64,000 nt of DNA from Bacilli bacterium (GTDB lineage Bacteria > Bacillota_I > Bacilli_A > RF39 > UBA660). Positions within the stretch are counted from its first letter, which is position 1. Each line of letters starts with the position of its first letter. Under the pieces are notes generated by a model. The model did no database searches and was not told the DNA's origin. It was given only the letters and a program-made list of their open reading frames with translations. Position numbers and translations under genes: made by a program. The stretch spans positions 380,041-444,040 of the forward strand of contig JBAMOY010000001.1 of NCBI GenBank assembly GCA_037071015.1. The letters run 5' to 3'. Shown one piece after another: positions 38,275-48,397 of this stretch.

Positions 38275-39357
38275 ATGCGAGTGATTATCAGTGCCGGTGG
38301 TACAGGAGGACATATATATCCTGCTTTAGCAATTATAAATAAAATTAAACAGATGAATCCACAAAGTGAATTTTTATATATCGGAACCCATAACCGTATG
38401 GAAAAAGATATTGTTCCTAAACAAGGGATTCCTTTTGAAAAAATTGAGATGTATGGCTTAAATCGTAAAAATATATTTAAAAATTTCAAAACAGTTAAGT
38501 GTTTTATTAAGGGGTACTATAAGTGTCGTAAAATAATAAAAAATTTTAAGCCGGATATTGTGATTGGGGTTGGAGGATATATTACAGTCCCAGTTATTTG
38601 TGCTGCTAAAAAGTTAGGTTATAATACCTTTTTGCACGAACAAAATAGTATTCCTGGTAAAGCTAATCAATTTTTGAGTAGTTATGCGACTAAAATAGGA
38701 GTATCATTTAAATCATCCATTAAATATTTTCCTGAATATAAAACAGTTTTTACTGGGAACCCTTGTAGTGAAAATGCTTTAAATAGTAAACCAATTAATA
38801 AGAAAAATTTGGGGCTAGATGAACATAAAAAGTTAGTAGTTTTTGTTATGGGATCATTAGGTGCCAGCAAAGTTAACGATTATATTGTTAAAATTATGCC
38901 GAATTTCGCAAATAAAGACTATGAGGTTTTATTCATAACTGGTAATAGTGATTATGATAAGATTAAGCAAAATAAGTTTCCGAATAATGTTAAAGTTTTA
39001 CCATATATGGATAATCTACAGGGTTTATTGAAGGTTACGGATTTAATTGTAACGCGCGCCGGAGCTACGACATTGAGTGAAGTAATGGCTTTAGAAGTTC
39101 CTTCAATTATTATTCCTAGTCCTTATGTTCCTAACAATCATCAATATAAAAATGCGATGGACCTCGTGAATAATGATGCTGCTGAACTAATATTGGAAAA
39201 CGAACTCGAAGGAAATATTTTAATCGATAAAATTGATAGTCTATTGAATGATTGTGAATATTTAAAAAAAATGAAGCGTAATTTATCTAAAATGAGTGTT
39301 AAAGATAGCGCCTCTCAAATTTATAAAGCTATTAAAAAGATTGTAGGTAGTAAGTAA
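38275..39357 (+). CDS. murG: UDP-GlcNAc:undecaprenyl-PP-MurNAc-pentapeptide GlcNAc transferase
   Basis: ISAGGTGGHIYPALAI N-terminus, TRAGATTLSE and the GT28 pattern. Confidence 0.92.
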   Translation: MRVIISAGGTGGHIYPALAIINKIKQMNPQSEFLYIGTHNRMEKDIVPKQGIPFEKIEMYGLNRKNIFKNFKTVKCFIKGYYKCRKIIKNFKPDIVIGVGGYITVPVICAAKKLGYNTFLHEQNSIPGKANQFLSSYATKIGVSFKSSIKYFPEYKTVFTGNPCSENALNSKPINKKNLGLDEHKKLVVFVMGSLGASKVNDYIVKIMPNFANKDYEVLFITGNSDYDKIKQNKFPNNVKVLPYMDNLQGLLKVTDLIVTRAGATTLSEVMALEVPSIIIPSPYVPNNHQYKNAMDLVNNDAAELILENELEGNILIDKIDSLLNDCEYLKKMKRNLSKMSVKDSASQIYKAIKKIVGSK

Positions 39358-40253
39358 TGAGTATAGTTAAGGAATTAAAAAAAATTAAATGTGGGAAAAT
39401 TTTAACTAATGTCAGTTTAAAAGAATATACAACTTATAAAATTGATGGTAAAGCTAAAGTTATTGTTTTTCCTAAAAATAAACATGAGTTAATCAATTTA
39501 ATAAAATATATTAAAAATCATAATATTCCATATAAAATTTTGGGAAATGGATCCAATTTGATTTTTGTAAAATCAGTTTACGAAGGAATTTTAATCAAAT
39601 TAAGTGAGTTTGATGACTTAAAAATCGATAAGAATGTTATTCAAGTGGGTGCCGGTTATAATCTGATGAAATTAGCTCTTAAAGTATCACGATTAGGGTT
39701 AACTGGTTTAGAATTTGCGACTGGCATACCAGGAAGTGTCGGGGGAGCCGTCTATATGAATGCTGGTGCTTATAATAGTGATATGGGTTACGTAGTGAAG
39801 ATGGTTAAAGTTTTAACTCCGAATTTAGAAATAAAAGAAATGACTAATCGTGAAATGGACTTCCATTATCGAACATCATTTTTACAAAAAAATCCTGGCT
39901 ATATTTGTTTGGAGGCTACCATTGTTTTACGATATGGCAATAAAGATATCATTATGGAAATCATTAAAGACAGAAAGGAACGTCGGGTGATTGGGCAACC
40001 ATTGGAATATCCTAGTGCTGGTAGTGTTTTTAGAAATCCGAAAGATGATTATGCTGGTCGTTTAATTGAGGATATCGGTTATAAAGGTAAAAAGATTGGT
40101 GGTGCTGAAGTCAGTCAAAAACATGCTAATTTTATTATTAATACCGGTGGAGCTACAGGTAAAGATATATATGATTTAATTATGGAGATAAAAGATAAAG
40201 TAAAAGAAAAATACGACATTGAATTAAAAGTTGAGCAAGAAATTGTAGAATAG
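39357..40253 (+). CDS. murB: UDP-N-acetylenolpyruvoylglucosamine reductase
   Basis: FAD-binding N-terminus (YTTYKIDGKAKV, LGNGSNL), GSVGGAVYMNAGAY, SAGSVFRNP and HANFIIN. Confidence 0.92.
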   Translation: MSIVKELKKIKCGKILTNVSLKEYTTYKIDGKAKVIVFPKNKHELINLIKYIKNHNIPYKILGNGSNLIFVKSVYEGILIKLSEFDDLKIDKNVIQVGAGYNLMKLALKVSRLGLTGLEFATGIPGSVGGAVYMNAGAYNSDMGYVVKMVKVLTPNLEIKEMTNREMDFHYRTSFLQKNPGYICLEATIVLRYGNKDIIMEIIKDRKERRVIGQPLEYPSAGSVFRNPKDDYAGRLIEDIGYKGKKIGGAEVSQKHANFIINTGGATGKDIYDLIMEIKDKVKEKYDIELKVEQEIVE

Positions 40254-40261
40254 GTGATATA

Positions 40262-40942
40262 GTGGCAAAAAAAGGGAAGAAAAAAAAGCGGCGTTTAAGA
40301 TTAAAAAGAGTATTAATCTTTTTGTTCGCTACTATCTTAATTGGCTATCTTATTTTTCTCCTTTTAAATCGTCCGATAACTAACATTTACATTGAAGGAA
40401 ACGAGTATTTAACAGAACAGGAAATTATTGAGTATATTGGTGTTGATAATTATCCAAAGTTAATTGATTGTCCTAATTATAAATTAATTAAAAAACTAAA
40501 AAATAATAAGTTTATTAAAAGTGCTAAGATTTATAAACGCCACTTCACAGATTTATATATTATTATTGAAGAAAATCGACCGTTATATTACAATAGTACG
40601 GACAAAAAAACAGTTTTATTAGATGGAACTAAAGTTAATAAGATTTTTGAGGTTCCAACTTTGATTAATTATATACCAGATACTAAATTAGTTAAATTTC
40701 AAAGTAAATTAGAAGAGATCGATTCAGAAATATTAACAAGAATATCGGATATCGAATATAAACCTAATGATGTTGATAAGAATCGTTTATTGCTTACCAT
40801 GAATGATGGTAACTATGTCTACATTACGATTAATAAATTACCAAATATTAACAATTATGTTAATATAATTAAAGAATTCAATGGTAAAAAAGGCATTTTA
40901 TATTTAGATTCTGGTGAATACTTTAAAATTATGGAAGATTGA
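40262..40942 (+). CDS. divIB: Cell division protein DivIB/FtsQ (POTRA domain)
   Basis: GTG start, basic N-terminus plus a TM helix, POTRA-like ITNIYIEGNEYLTEQEI. Positioned after murB in the dcw cluster. Confidence 0.75.
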   Translation: MAKKGKKKKRRLRLKRVLIFLFATILIGYLIFLLLNRPITNIYIEGNEYLTEQEIIEYIGVDNYPKLIDCPNYKLIKKLKNNKFIKSAKIYKRHFTDLYIIIEENRPLYYNSTDKKTVLLDGTKVNKIFEVPTLINYIPDTKLVKFQSKLEEIDSEILTRISDIEYKPNDVDKNRLLLTMNDGNYVYITINKLPNINNYVNIIKEFNGKKGILYLDSGEYFKIMED

Positions 40943-40987
40943 CAGATCTTCTTTTTATATATATAATATCAAACTCGAGGTGATGAT

Positions 40988-42016
40988 ATGAGTAATAATG
41001 ATGTATTAAAGTTTGAAGAGGGAGAATTAGTCTGGGCTTATAGAGATATGTTTAAAAATGAATCATATGACCATTATTTTTTATCAGAAGCAGCAGATGT
41101 TATGCCATATTTGATAATAAAAGCCGATAATGATATTTATTATGCTTTGTTAACAACTAATAAAGATAAAAAAATGGATTTACAGTATGGGAATGCTAAT
41201 AGTAATATTTTTGAATTGTCAGAAGGAATAGATAAAAAACGATATGTTGATCTTTCAGCTATTTATCAATTAACTAAAGATGACATAATTAAAGTAATGA
41301 CGAGGTATAGCGAAGCAACTTTAGAAAAAGTTTTAACTAAATTGGCGGCTAGTATTATCAATGGTGTTTTATTTCTTAGTAAAAAAGATTTTAGTATTTT
41401 TAAACAGATATATATAAAATATAACAATTTAGATTTAGGCGATATTGTTACAATTAAAAAGGACGATCACATAAAAAATTACATAATTATTAATAAACCT
41501 GATTCTCACAGAGCCACAGGGGTTAGTTGTGAAATAATTCCTAATAAAAAAACTGGTCTCAAAGATATCTTGGTAGATTTTACCGACTATAATAAGTTCA
41601 ATAGTAATTCCCCATTATATTATAAACTAGAGCATGGTTTATCCTCTAAGGAATTGGCAAGAGTTTTAGAATTAAAAGAACAGTATTATCAAAGACTTAA
41701 ATATGATCGTAAGGATGCTCATTATGATATGGGTGTAGTGGTTAAAATTAATGGATGTGATTATATAGTTATTGCGGATGACGATAAAAATTATTATGTC
41801 ACCAATTATCAAGATCGGCACTTATTTAATTATCTTCAAGTTTTTGATAAGCATCAATTTAAGTTTCAATATGTTAGTTGTATAGATGATAGTGAGTTAC
41901 TGAGTATCTTGATTAGAATTGCACATGATAAGCGTAATCTTTATCCTGATGTTATAGGTAAAGTAACTGATAAAGTTAAACGATTATTAATCGTTGAAAT
42001 GAAAGAACTAAATTAG
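40988..42016 (+). CDS. Hypothetical protein with three SH3-like repeat signatures, inserted between divIB and ftsA
   Basis: 342-aa ORF with a GAGGTGA RBS and its own terminator. It has three segments of pattern G(E/D/V)(L/I/V)V...Y(L/I)(I/V)I..(D)D. No known motif was recognised. Confidence 0.6.
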   Translation: MSNNDVLKFEEGELVWAYRDMFKNESYDHYFLSEAADVMPYLIIKADNDIYYALLTTNKDKKMDLQYGNANSNIFELSEGIDKKRYVDLSAIYQLTKDDIIKVMTRYSEATLEKVLTKLAASIINGVLFLSKKDFSIFKQIYIKYNNLDLGDIVTIKKDDHIKNYIIINKPDSHRATGVSCEIIPNKKTGLKDILVDFTDYNKFNSNSPLYYKLEHGLSSKELARVLELKEQYYQRLKYDRKDAHYDMGVVVKINGCDYIVIADDDKNYYVTNYQDRHLFNYLQVFDKHQFKFQYVSCIDDSELLSILIRIAHDKRNLYPDVIGKVTDKVKRLLIVEMKELN

Positions 42017-42027
42017 TTCTTTTTTTG
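42002..42027 (+). terminator. Rho-independent terminator
   Basis: AAAGAACT/AGTTCTTT stem overlapping the stop codon, then TTTTT. Confidence 0.65.
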
Positions 42028-42423
42028 TTATCTTAATGTTAATGTTTGCTAATTGAATTCGATTTACTTTATTAAACGAATATTTCTCGTAACGAAAACA
42101 AGTGTGTTAGTGACTGGATTATTAGTTATATTATGCTGGCTTTATATTTCAAAGGTTATTTAGAGCCCGCAAAAAAGAAAGTGATATTTTTGTGGCAATA
42201 AGAATAAATACAATAATTATGAAACCAAAGAAAATAAAGATAAACATTATTCGTTATGTTTCGAAATCGAGAAAATTTTAGTTTCTTTAAATAATGGTAC
42301 AAAAATATTTAATTGATGATATTCTTATAAATATCTAGAATACCTAATATAATGTAAAAAAATACTTTTACATTTTTAAATTTATATAGTATAATTATGT
42401 TATGATTATAGGAGATGATAGGC

Positions 42424-43683
42424 ATGAAGCATATTTATACTAGTGTTGATATCGGTTCAGATAGTATTAAAATTGTTGTATGTGAATTGTTTAAAAACAA
42501 GTTGAATTTGTTGGCTGCTTCATCTTTTAAATCTAAAGGAATTAAAAAGGGGCTTATAACTGATGTTACAGCAGCGACGAATTCGCTCAAAAATGGTTTT
42601 AAAGAAATTGAACAGATGTTAGGTATTAAAATTACTAAGGTGATTGCATCTATACCTAGTTATTTTGCTGATTTTTCGATGATCAAAGGTTCAATCAAGA
42701 TAAATAGTGATGATCATGTTATTTCTGGTGATGATGTCATTGACGTTTTGAAGGAAGCTATGAAGGCTAAAATGACGGCTAATAAAGAAATGGTTACGAT
42801 GTTACCAATTGATTTTACTATAGATGATAAGGCGGGTATTAAAGACCCTAAAGGCTTAGTAGGTGGTGTTTTAGGAGTTAGAGCTATTTTAGCAACAACA
42901 CCAAAAAAGAACATTTATTCAGTTGTTAGTTTACTTTATAGTTTAGGAATTGAAACCATCGATATATCATTAAATAGTATCGGAGATATCTACGCCTTTA
43001 AAACTAAAGATTTAGAGAATAAGGTTGGAGCTATTATTAATATTGGTTCCGAAGGAACGTCAGTATCGTTATATAATAAAGGTATCATTGTTAAGAATTC
43101 TATTATTCAATTAGGTGGTAAAAATATTGATAATGATATCGCTTATATGTACAAGGTAGATTTGAAGACAGCTAAAACAATCAAAGAAAAATTTGCCCTT
43201 GCACATAAGATGTATGCTAGTGTGAATGATGTATACGAAATAGAAACGGCTTATGAGGAAAAAATTAAGATTAATCAGTTTGAAGTGTCAGAAATTGCTA
43301 TGTCACGAATCGAAGAAATTCTTAATTTGGCAAAAAAAGAGATAAATCTATTAACAAATAAGCCGATAGAGTATATAATAATAACTGGCGGGACAAGTAA
43401 TATGGCCCATTTTGGGTATGTAGCTGAAGATATATTTGGAAAAAATGTTAGTATTGGTAATGTTAAGATGATCGGTATCCGTAATAATAAATATTCATCA
43501 GCTATTGGTAATGTTGTCTATTTTATAAACAAATTAAAATTAAAAGGCCGTGATTATACGATGTTAAGTGAAGACGATATTGAAAACTTATCATCGCCTA
43601 AAAGAGGACTAGTTAATATTTCAGGAAGTTCAATGTTAGGTAAAGTGTTTGGATACTTTTTCGGCGAAAATGAGGAGGATTAA
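42424..43683 (+). CDS. ftsA: Cell division protein FtsA
   Basis: Actin-like ATPase ([35 protein letters not shown]). The start is taken at the second ATG, 9 nt after AGGAG; the ORF-track start is 42415. Confidence 0.9.
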   Translation: MKHIYTSVDIGSDSIKIVVCELFKNKLNLLAASSFKSKGIKKGLITDVTAATNSLKNGFKEIEQMLGIKITKVIASIPSYFADFSMIKGSIKINSDDHVISGDDVIDVLKEAMKAKMTANKEMVTMLPIDFTIDDKAGIKDPKGLVGGVLGVRAILATTPKKNIYSVVSLLYSLGIETIDISLNSIGDIYAFKTKDLENKVGAIINIGSEGTSVSLYNKGIIVKNSIIQLGGKNIDNDIAYMYKVDLKTAKTIKEKFALAHKMYASVNDVYEIETAYEEKIKINQFEVSEIAMSRIEEILNLAKKEINLLTNKPIEYIIITGGTSNMAHFGYVAEDIFGKNVSIGNVKMIGIRNNKYSSAIGNVVYFINKLKLKGRDYTMLSEDDIENLSSPKRGLVNISGSSMLGKVFGYFFGENEED

Positions 43684-43684
43684 A

Positions 43685-44758
43685 ATGTTGGGATTAGAGA
43701 TGGATCAAATCGCAAAAATTAAAGTTATTGGTGTTGGTGGTGGCGGTTGTAACGCTGTTAACCGTATGATTGAATCAGGAGTTAAAGGTGTTGAGTTTAT
43801 TGCTGCTAATACTGACTTACAAGTTTTAAATTGTTCGAAGGCAGAAACCAAAATTCAGTTAGGTAGTGAATTAACTGGTGGTCGTGGTGCTGGTTCTAAA
43901 CCAGAAGTTGGTCGTGAGGCTGCTTTAGAATCAAAAGAGGAAATCGAATCAGTATTAGAAGGTGCTGATATGATTTTTGTAACTTGTGGTATGGGCGGTG
44001 GAACTGGTACTGGGGCTGCTCCTGTTATTGCTGATATCGCACAACAATTAGGTGCCCTTACTGTTGGCATCGTAACTAAGCCATTTTCATTCGAAGGAAA
44101 AAAGAGAATGGAGCAAGCTATTGTTGGTTTAGATGAGTTGAAAAAGCATGTTGATACACTAATCGTGATTCCAAATGATCGTTTAAGAGAAATAATTGAT
44201 AAAACAACGCCATTATTAGAGTCATTTAAAGAGGTTGATAATGTTCTAAGAAGAGGTGTTCAATCTATATCTGATTTAATCGCAGTAGCAGGACTTATCA
44301 ATCTAGATTTTGCCGATGTTAAAGCAGTCATGGAAAAGCGTGGTAATGCTTTAATTGGTATTGGAATGGGTGTGGGTGAAAATCGTGCAACTGAAGCTGC
44401 GCGTCAAGCTGTTTCTAGCCCTTTGCTTGAAACCAGTATTTCAGGTGCAACTGATGCAATTATCAACGTAACTGGTGGTGCTAATCTAACTTTATTCGAA
44501 GTAGAAGAAGCTGCTGAAGTTATTCGTTCATCAGCTAATACCGATATTAATACTATTTTTGGAGCTGTCATTAACGAAAATTTAAATGATGAAATTATTG
44601 TTACTGTGATTGCAACCGGTTTCGAAGAAAATAGTGAACCATTATATCATTCATATAATCGTCGTGAAGATAATAAGACTGCTATTGTTGATAAACCAGA
44701 GATTGATGATGACGATGATGGTGATATTCCAGCATTTTTAAGAAAAAGAGGTTTTTAA
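43685..44758 (+). CDS. ftsZ: Cell division GTPase FtsZ
   Basis: [26 protein letters not shown] and NLDFADV motifs. The start is taken at the ATG after GAGGAGG; the ORF-track start at 43649 lies inside ftsA. Confidence 0.93.
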   Translation: MLGLEMDQIAKIKVIGVGGGGCNAVNRMIESGVKGVEFIAANTDLQVLNCSKAETKIQLGSELTGGRGAGSKPEVGREAALESKEEIESVLEGADMIFVTCGMGGGTGTGAAPVIADIAQQLGALTVGIVTKPFSFEGKKRMEQAIVGLDELKKHVDTLIVIPNDRLREIIDKTTPLLESFKEVDNVLRRGVQSISDLIAVAGLINLDFADVKAVMEKRGNALIGIGMGVGENRATEAARQAVSSPLLETSISGATDAIINVTGGANLTLFEVEEAAEVIRSSANTDINTIFGAVINENLNDEIIVTVIATGFEENSEPLYHSYNRREDNKTAIVDKPEIDDDDDGDIPAFLRKRGF

Positions 44759-44773
44759 AAAAATAATTTAAAA

Positions 44774-44802
44774 AACGACACAATTATCTGTGTTGTTTTT
44801 TT
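44774..44802 (+). terminator. Rho-independent terminator after ftsZ
   Basis: AACGACACA/TGTGTTGTT stem (one G-U pair) followed by a T-run. Confidence 0.6.
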
Positions 44803-44822
44803 ATAATTAAATTGGTGATGCT

Positions 44823-45620
44823 ATGAAGGTATATCTAGATGTCATTTTTTTAATTAACTTTCTTTTTGATTTTCTTTTATTAACTGCCACTTCATTGCTT
44901 CTCAAACGTAATGTTAAGTTTGTAAATATACTTTTAGGTTCCTTGGTTGGCGCATTAAGTATTTTTGTTTTATTTATACAAATAAATTCTTTTGAATTAT
45001 TTATCATTAAAGTTATTATTAGTTTACTTATGGTTTTAATTACTTTTAAATATAAAAATATACGTTATACTTTAAAAAACATATTTTATCTATATTCGAC
45101 AAGTATGGTATTAGGCGGCGTATTATATTACTTAAACGTTGAATTTTCTTATAAGCAAGAGGGACTTGTTTTTTATCATGATGGATTAAGTATCAATTTT
45201 ATTTTTCTCATCATATTTTCACCTGTGATTGTATATGCTTATGTAAAGCAAATAAAAAAATTAAAAAATAATTACAATAATTATTATAATTGTAAAATTT
45301 ATTTTTATGATAGATGTTTAGATTTGACGGGGTTTATCGATAGTGGTAATCAGCTTACAGACCCTTATCTTAGACGTCCTATTATTTTGATTAATAAAAA
45401 AGATTATATATATGATATTAATGAGTTTAAGATGGTGATGGTCCCATATAGTGGAGTTAATAGTAAAGGGCTGATTACTTGTGTTCAGCCAACTAAAATA
45501 ATCATTAATAATCGTTTATTAAAGAAAAATTGTTTAGTAGGATTGTTAGAAGATGATATTGTGATAGATGGTGTTAGTTGTATATTAAACAATAAAATAA
45601 TGGAGGATATTATATGTTAA
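44823..45620 (+). CDS. spoIIGA: Sporulation sigma-E factor-processing peptidase
   Basis: Five N-terminal TM helices and a C-terminal aspartic protease motif GFIDSGNQLTDP. It lies directly upstream of sigE. Confidence 0.88.
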   Translation: MKVYLDVIFLINFLFDFLLLTATSLLLKRNVKFVNILLGSLVGALSIFVLFIQINSFELFIIKVIISLLMVLITFKYKNIRYTLKNIFYLYSTSMVLGGVLYYLNVEFSYKQEGLVFYHDGLSINFIFLIIFSPVIVYAYVKQIKKLKNNYNNYYNCKIYFYDRCLDLTGFIDSGNQLTDPYLRRPIILINKKDYIYDINEFKMVMVPYSGVNSKGLITCVQPTKIIINNRLLKKNCLVGLLEDDIVIDGVSCILNNKIMEDIIC

Positions 45621-46306
45621 AAAAAATTATTAACTTATTTAGTAAATTATTTAGTGATTTTAGTCATGTTTTTTTTGTAGGAAGCGCTGACAAATTACCT
45701 GAACCTCTATCTAAAGAGGATGAAATTATTTATGTAACTCAAGCGAATAATGGTGATAAATTAGCAAAAGAAAAATTAATCGAGCACAACTTACGATTAG
45801 TCGTGTTTTTATCTAAAAAATATGAAAATACGGGAGTTGATTTAGAAGACCTTGTCAGTATTGGAACAATTGGTTTAATCAAAGGAGTTAATACTTATAA
45901 GTTAGATAAAAATATAAAATTAGCTACTTATGCTTCACGTTGTATTGATAATGAAATATTGATGTTTTTACGTAAGAATAAAAAAAGACGTGGGGAAGTA
46001 AGCTTTGAAGATAATCTTAGTTATGATGCAGAGGGTAATGAACTACATTTAGAGGATATATTAGGAACTGAACCTGATATCGTTACGAAAGGTATTGAAA
46101 AAGAGACAGAGAAAAGACTTTTGTATCAAGAGATTAATAAATTAAACAAACGCGATAAGGAAATTATGATTTTAAGATATGGTCTCTTTGGTAAAGAAGA
46201 AATGACACAAAAAGATGTTGCTGATTTAATGGGAATTAGTCAATCATATATATCTCGAATCGAAAAGAAAGTTATTCGTCGTTTAAAGAGTTTAGATAGT
46301 GTTTAG
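45614..46306 (+). CDS. sigE: RNA polymerase sporulation sigma factor E (pro-sigma-E)
   Basis: Close match to B. subtilis SigE features: pro-sequence, LPEPLSKEDE, HNLRLVVFLSKKYENTG, SIGTIGLIKGVNT, KLATYASRCIDNEILM and GISQSYISRIEK. Confidence 0.93.
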   Translation: MLKKIINLFSKLFSDFSHVFFVGSADKLPEPLSKEDEIIYVTQANNGDKLAKEKLIEHNLRLVVFLSKKYENTGVDLEDLVSIGTIGLIKGVNTYKLDKNIKLATYASRCIDNEILMFLRKNKKRRGEVSFEDNLSYDAEGNELHLEDILGTEPDIVTKGIEKETEKRLLYQEINKLNKRDKEIMILRYGLFGKEEMTQKDVADLMGISQSYISRIEKKVIRRLKSLDSV

Positions 46307-46360
46307 ATTGACAATCTTAGCGATATAATATATCATTATAGTTGAGGATGTTGGTATATT

Positions 46361-47062
46361 ATGAATAATAAATTGAAACTAATTTTATCGATAAGTTTAT
46401 TATGTTTATTAATTATAGGCTTTGCTATTAACGGTAAAAATTTAATTAAAAATCCTAAATTAGAAAATAGTGATGCCATTAAATTTAAAGAAGAGTATGA
46501 ATCTCTTAATAATAAAGATAATGGATATGGTGGTAAATATTTACGCATAAGTATAAACGATGATAATGTTATTAAATATGCAAGTTTTGAAGAACTAATT
46601 GATTTATTAGATAAAGGAACCGGCGTTATCTATTTTGGATTTCCCGAGTGTCCTTGGTGTCGAAATGCAGTTCCGAGTTTATTAGAGGCTGCCGATTCGA
46701 CTGGTATTGAACAAATATATTATTTTAATGCTGTAGATATAAGAGATCAAAAAACATTAGATGCTAATGGAGAAGTTATTACTACTAAAGAAGGAACTGA
46801 AGAATATAAGGAATTATTAAAAAAATTAGACAAATATTTATTACCGTATGATGGTTTAAATGACGAATCTATTAAAAGATTATATTTTCCTTCTGTATAT
46901 TTTATAAAAGATGGTGTTGTAATAGGTAAACATATTGATACAGTGGAGAGCCATACTGATGCTTCTAAAGAATTAAATGAAAAACAAAAATTAGAATTAA
47001 AAGGTATTTATGAGAATTATATGATGGAAATACTAGATTCTAGTTGTGATAAAGAATGCTAA
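46361..47062 (+). CDS. Membrane-anchored/exported thioredoxin-fold protein (CPWC)
   Basis: N-terminal hydrophobic anchor and the thioredoxin-like motif FGFPECPWCRN. Confidence 0.65.
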   Translation: MNNKLKLILSISLLCLLIIGFAINGKNLIKNPKLENSDAIKFKEEYESLNNKDNGYGGKYLRISINDDNVIKYASFEELIDLLDKGTGVIYFGFPECPWCRNAVPSLLEAADSTGIEQIYYFNAVDIRDQKTLDANGEVITTKEGTEEYKELLKKLDKYLLPYDGLNDESIKRLYFPSVYFIKDGVVIGKHIDTVESHTDASKELNEKQKLELKGIYENYMMEILDSSCDKEC

Positions 47063-47196
47063 AGCATTCTTTTTATAATATGTGAGAACACAAAATTTGA
47101 CAAAAACAAAATGAATGTTATAATAACCACGTAGTATTTATAATTTAGCCACAACTTGATAATTCTGTTGACATTTCAAAGATGGGAGAATAACTT

Positions 47197-48348
47197 ATGA
47201 AAAATATTCTAATTAGTAACTTACATGAAAAAGATGTTAATCATTTTACTACTAATTTAGGTTTGTCACTTAGAAGAAATGGGGACAAACCGTTTAAAAA
47301 ACTGTGTAATATTTTTACTAATGCTCATATAGTTAGACAAGATAATGGGATAGGATTAACTGATGATGAGTATTTTGCCAGTCTTACAACAAACTACATT
47401 CCTTTAGAAAATTATGATATAAAAAAAGGTAAAAACAATATAGTTGTTGAGCGATATCCTAATCTCGATAATGATGAACCTTATATTTTTGTCTGTAATC
47501 ATACTTGTCCTGAGGATATTGAAACTGTATTAAACATTATAGATAGAAATGCCTATTTAATTTTAGGATCTATTGAATCTCTTCAATATAATCCCGAGAT
47601 GTATTTGTCGTGGTTAAACGGAATGGTTCCTTTTGATATAATGGATAAAGGTCAGAGAAAACAAGTATTAGAAAAAATGTTAAGAGTGTTAAAATCAAAT
47701 AGTATTCTTATATTTCCTGAAGGTTCCCATAATTACTGTCCCAATAAATTAGTTAATCATTTATTTGATGGACCAGTTAATTTAGCTTTGCAGACTAATC
47801 GTAAAATTGTTATAGTGACTTTAGTGAAAGATGATGATAATAATGTTTCTTATATTGATGTTGGAAATCCTATTGATGTTAAGAATCTAACCGTTGATAT
47901 GAATGGCGAATTTAATTCTAATGAAGAAATAGAAAAACACTATGTCAAAGGTTTAACTGCCGTAATAAGAGATAAAATGGCAACGGCTGTTTATTATATT
48001 ATTGCTAGACATTTTAAAACTTTGTCTAGAGGAGATTATCGCGATGTTGAAGAATATTTACGAATGAAAAAAATAACGAAAGCTTTTGAAAAATTAAAAT
48101 GGAATCGCGATGTGTTTGATGCTGAATATCTTATTAAAAAGACTGCCGAAGAAAAAGAATATGAAGAAATAGTTAATTCATTGAGTAATTTGGTAGTTAA
48201 AGACGTAGCTTTTACTAGCAGTAATAGAGATTGGATTTTAAGTCAATTAGATATTGAGAAAAAAGACGTGGCGAATCGAATGAGAAACTTTTGGCTATCT
48301 ACTCAGCTTGATGATCCGAATGTTAAAGTTTTAAAAAGGAAGAAATAA
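47197..48348 (+). CDS. Lysophospholipid (PlsC-type) acyltransferase-family protein with an extended C-terminus
   Basis: HX4D motif (NHTCPED) and FPEGS motif. Confidence 0.65.
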   Translation: MKNILISNLHEKDVNHFTTNLGLSLRRNGDKPFKKLCNIFTNAHIVRQDNGIGLTDDEYFASLTTNYIPLENYDIKKGKNNIVVERYPNLDNDEPYIFVCNHTCPEDIETVLNIIDRNAYLILGSIESLQYNPEMYLSWLNGMVPFDIMDKGQRKQVLEKMLRVLKSNSILIFPEGSHNYCPNKLVNHLFDGPVNLALQTNRKIVIVTLVKDDDNNVSYIDVGNPIDVKNLTVDMNGEFNSNEEIEKHYVKGLTAVIRDKMATAVYYIIARHFKTLSRGDYRDVEEYLRMKKITKAFEKLKWNRDVFDAEYLIKKTAEEKEYEEIVNSLSNLVVKDVAFTSSNRDWILSQLDIEKKDVANRMRNFWLSTQLDDPNVKVLKRKK

Positions 48349-48397
48349 TAGCTATTTTTTCTTTTTTTATGATAAAATTGTTATAGGGTGATTATAT

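Noticed and set aside
42017-42414. Long ftsA upstream region examined for a riboswitch or known ncRNA
   Set aside because: I could not recognise any conserved riboswitch core. Only a terminal hairpin plus T-run and AT-rich promoter-like elements are present. It is retained only as context in the dcw-insertion finding.
44759-44822. Spo0A (0A-box) sites upstream of spoIIGA
   Set aside because: Only a partial ACGACA match is present, and it lies within the ftsZ terminator stem. That is not enough to call a 0A box.
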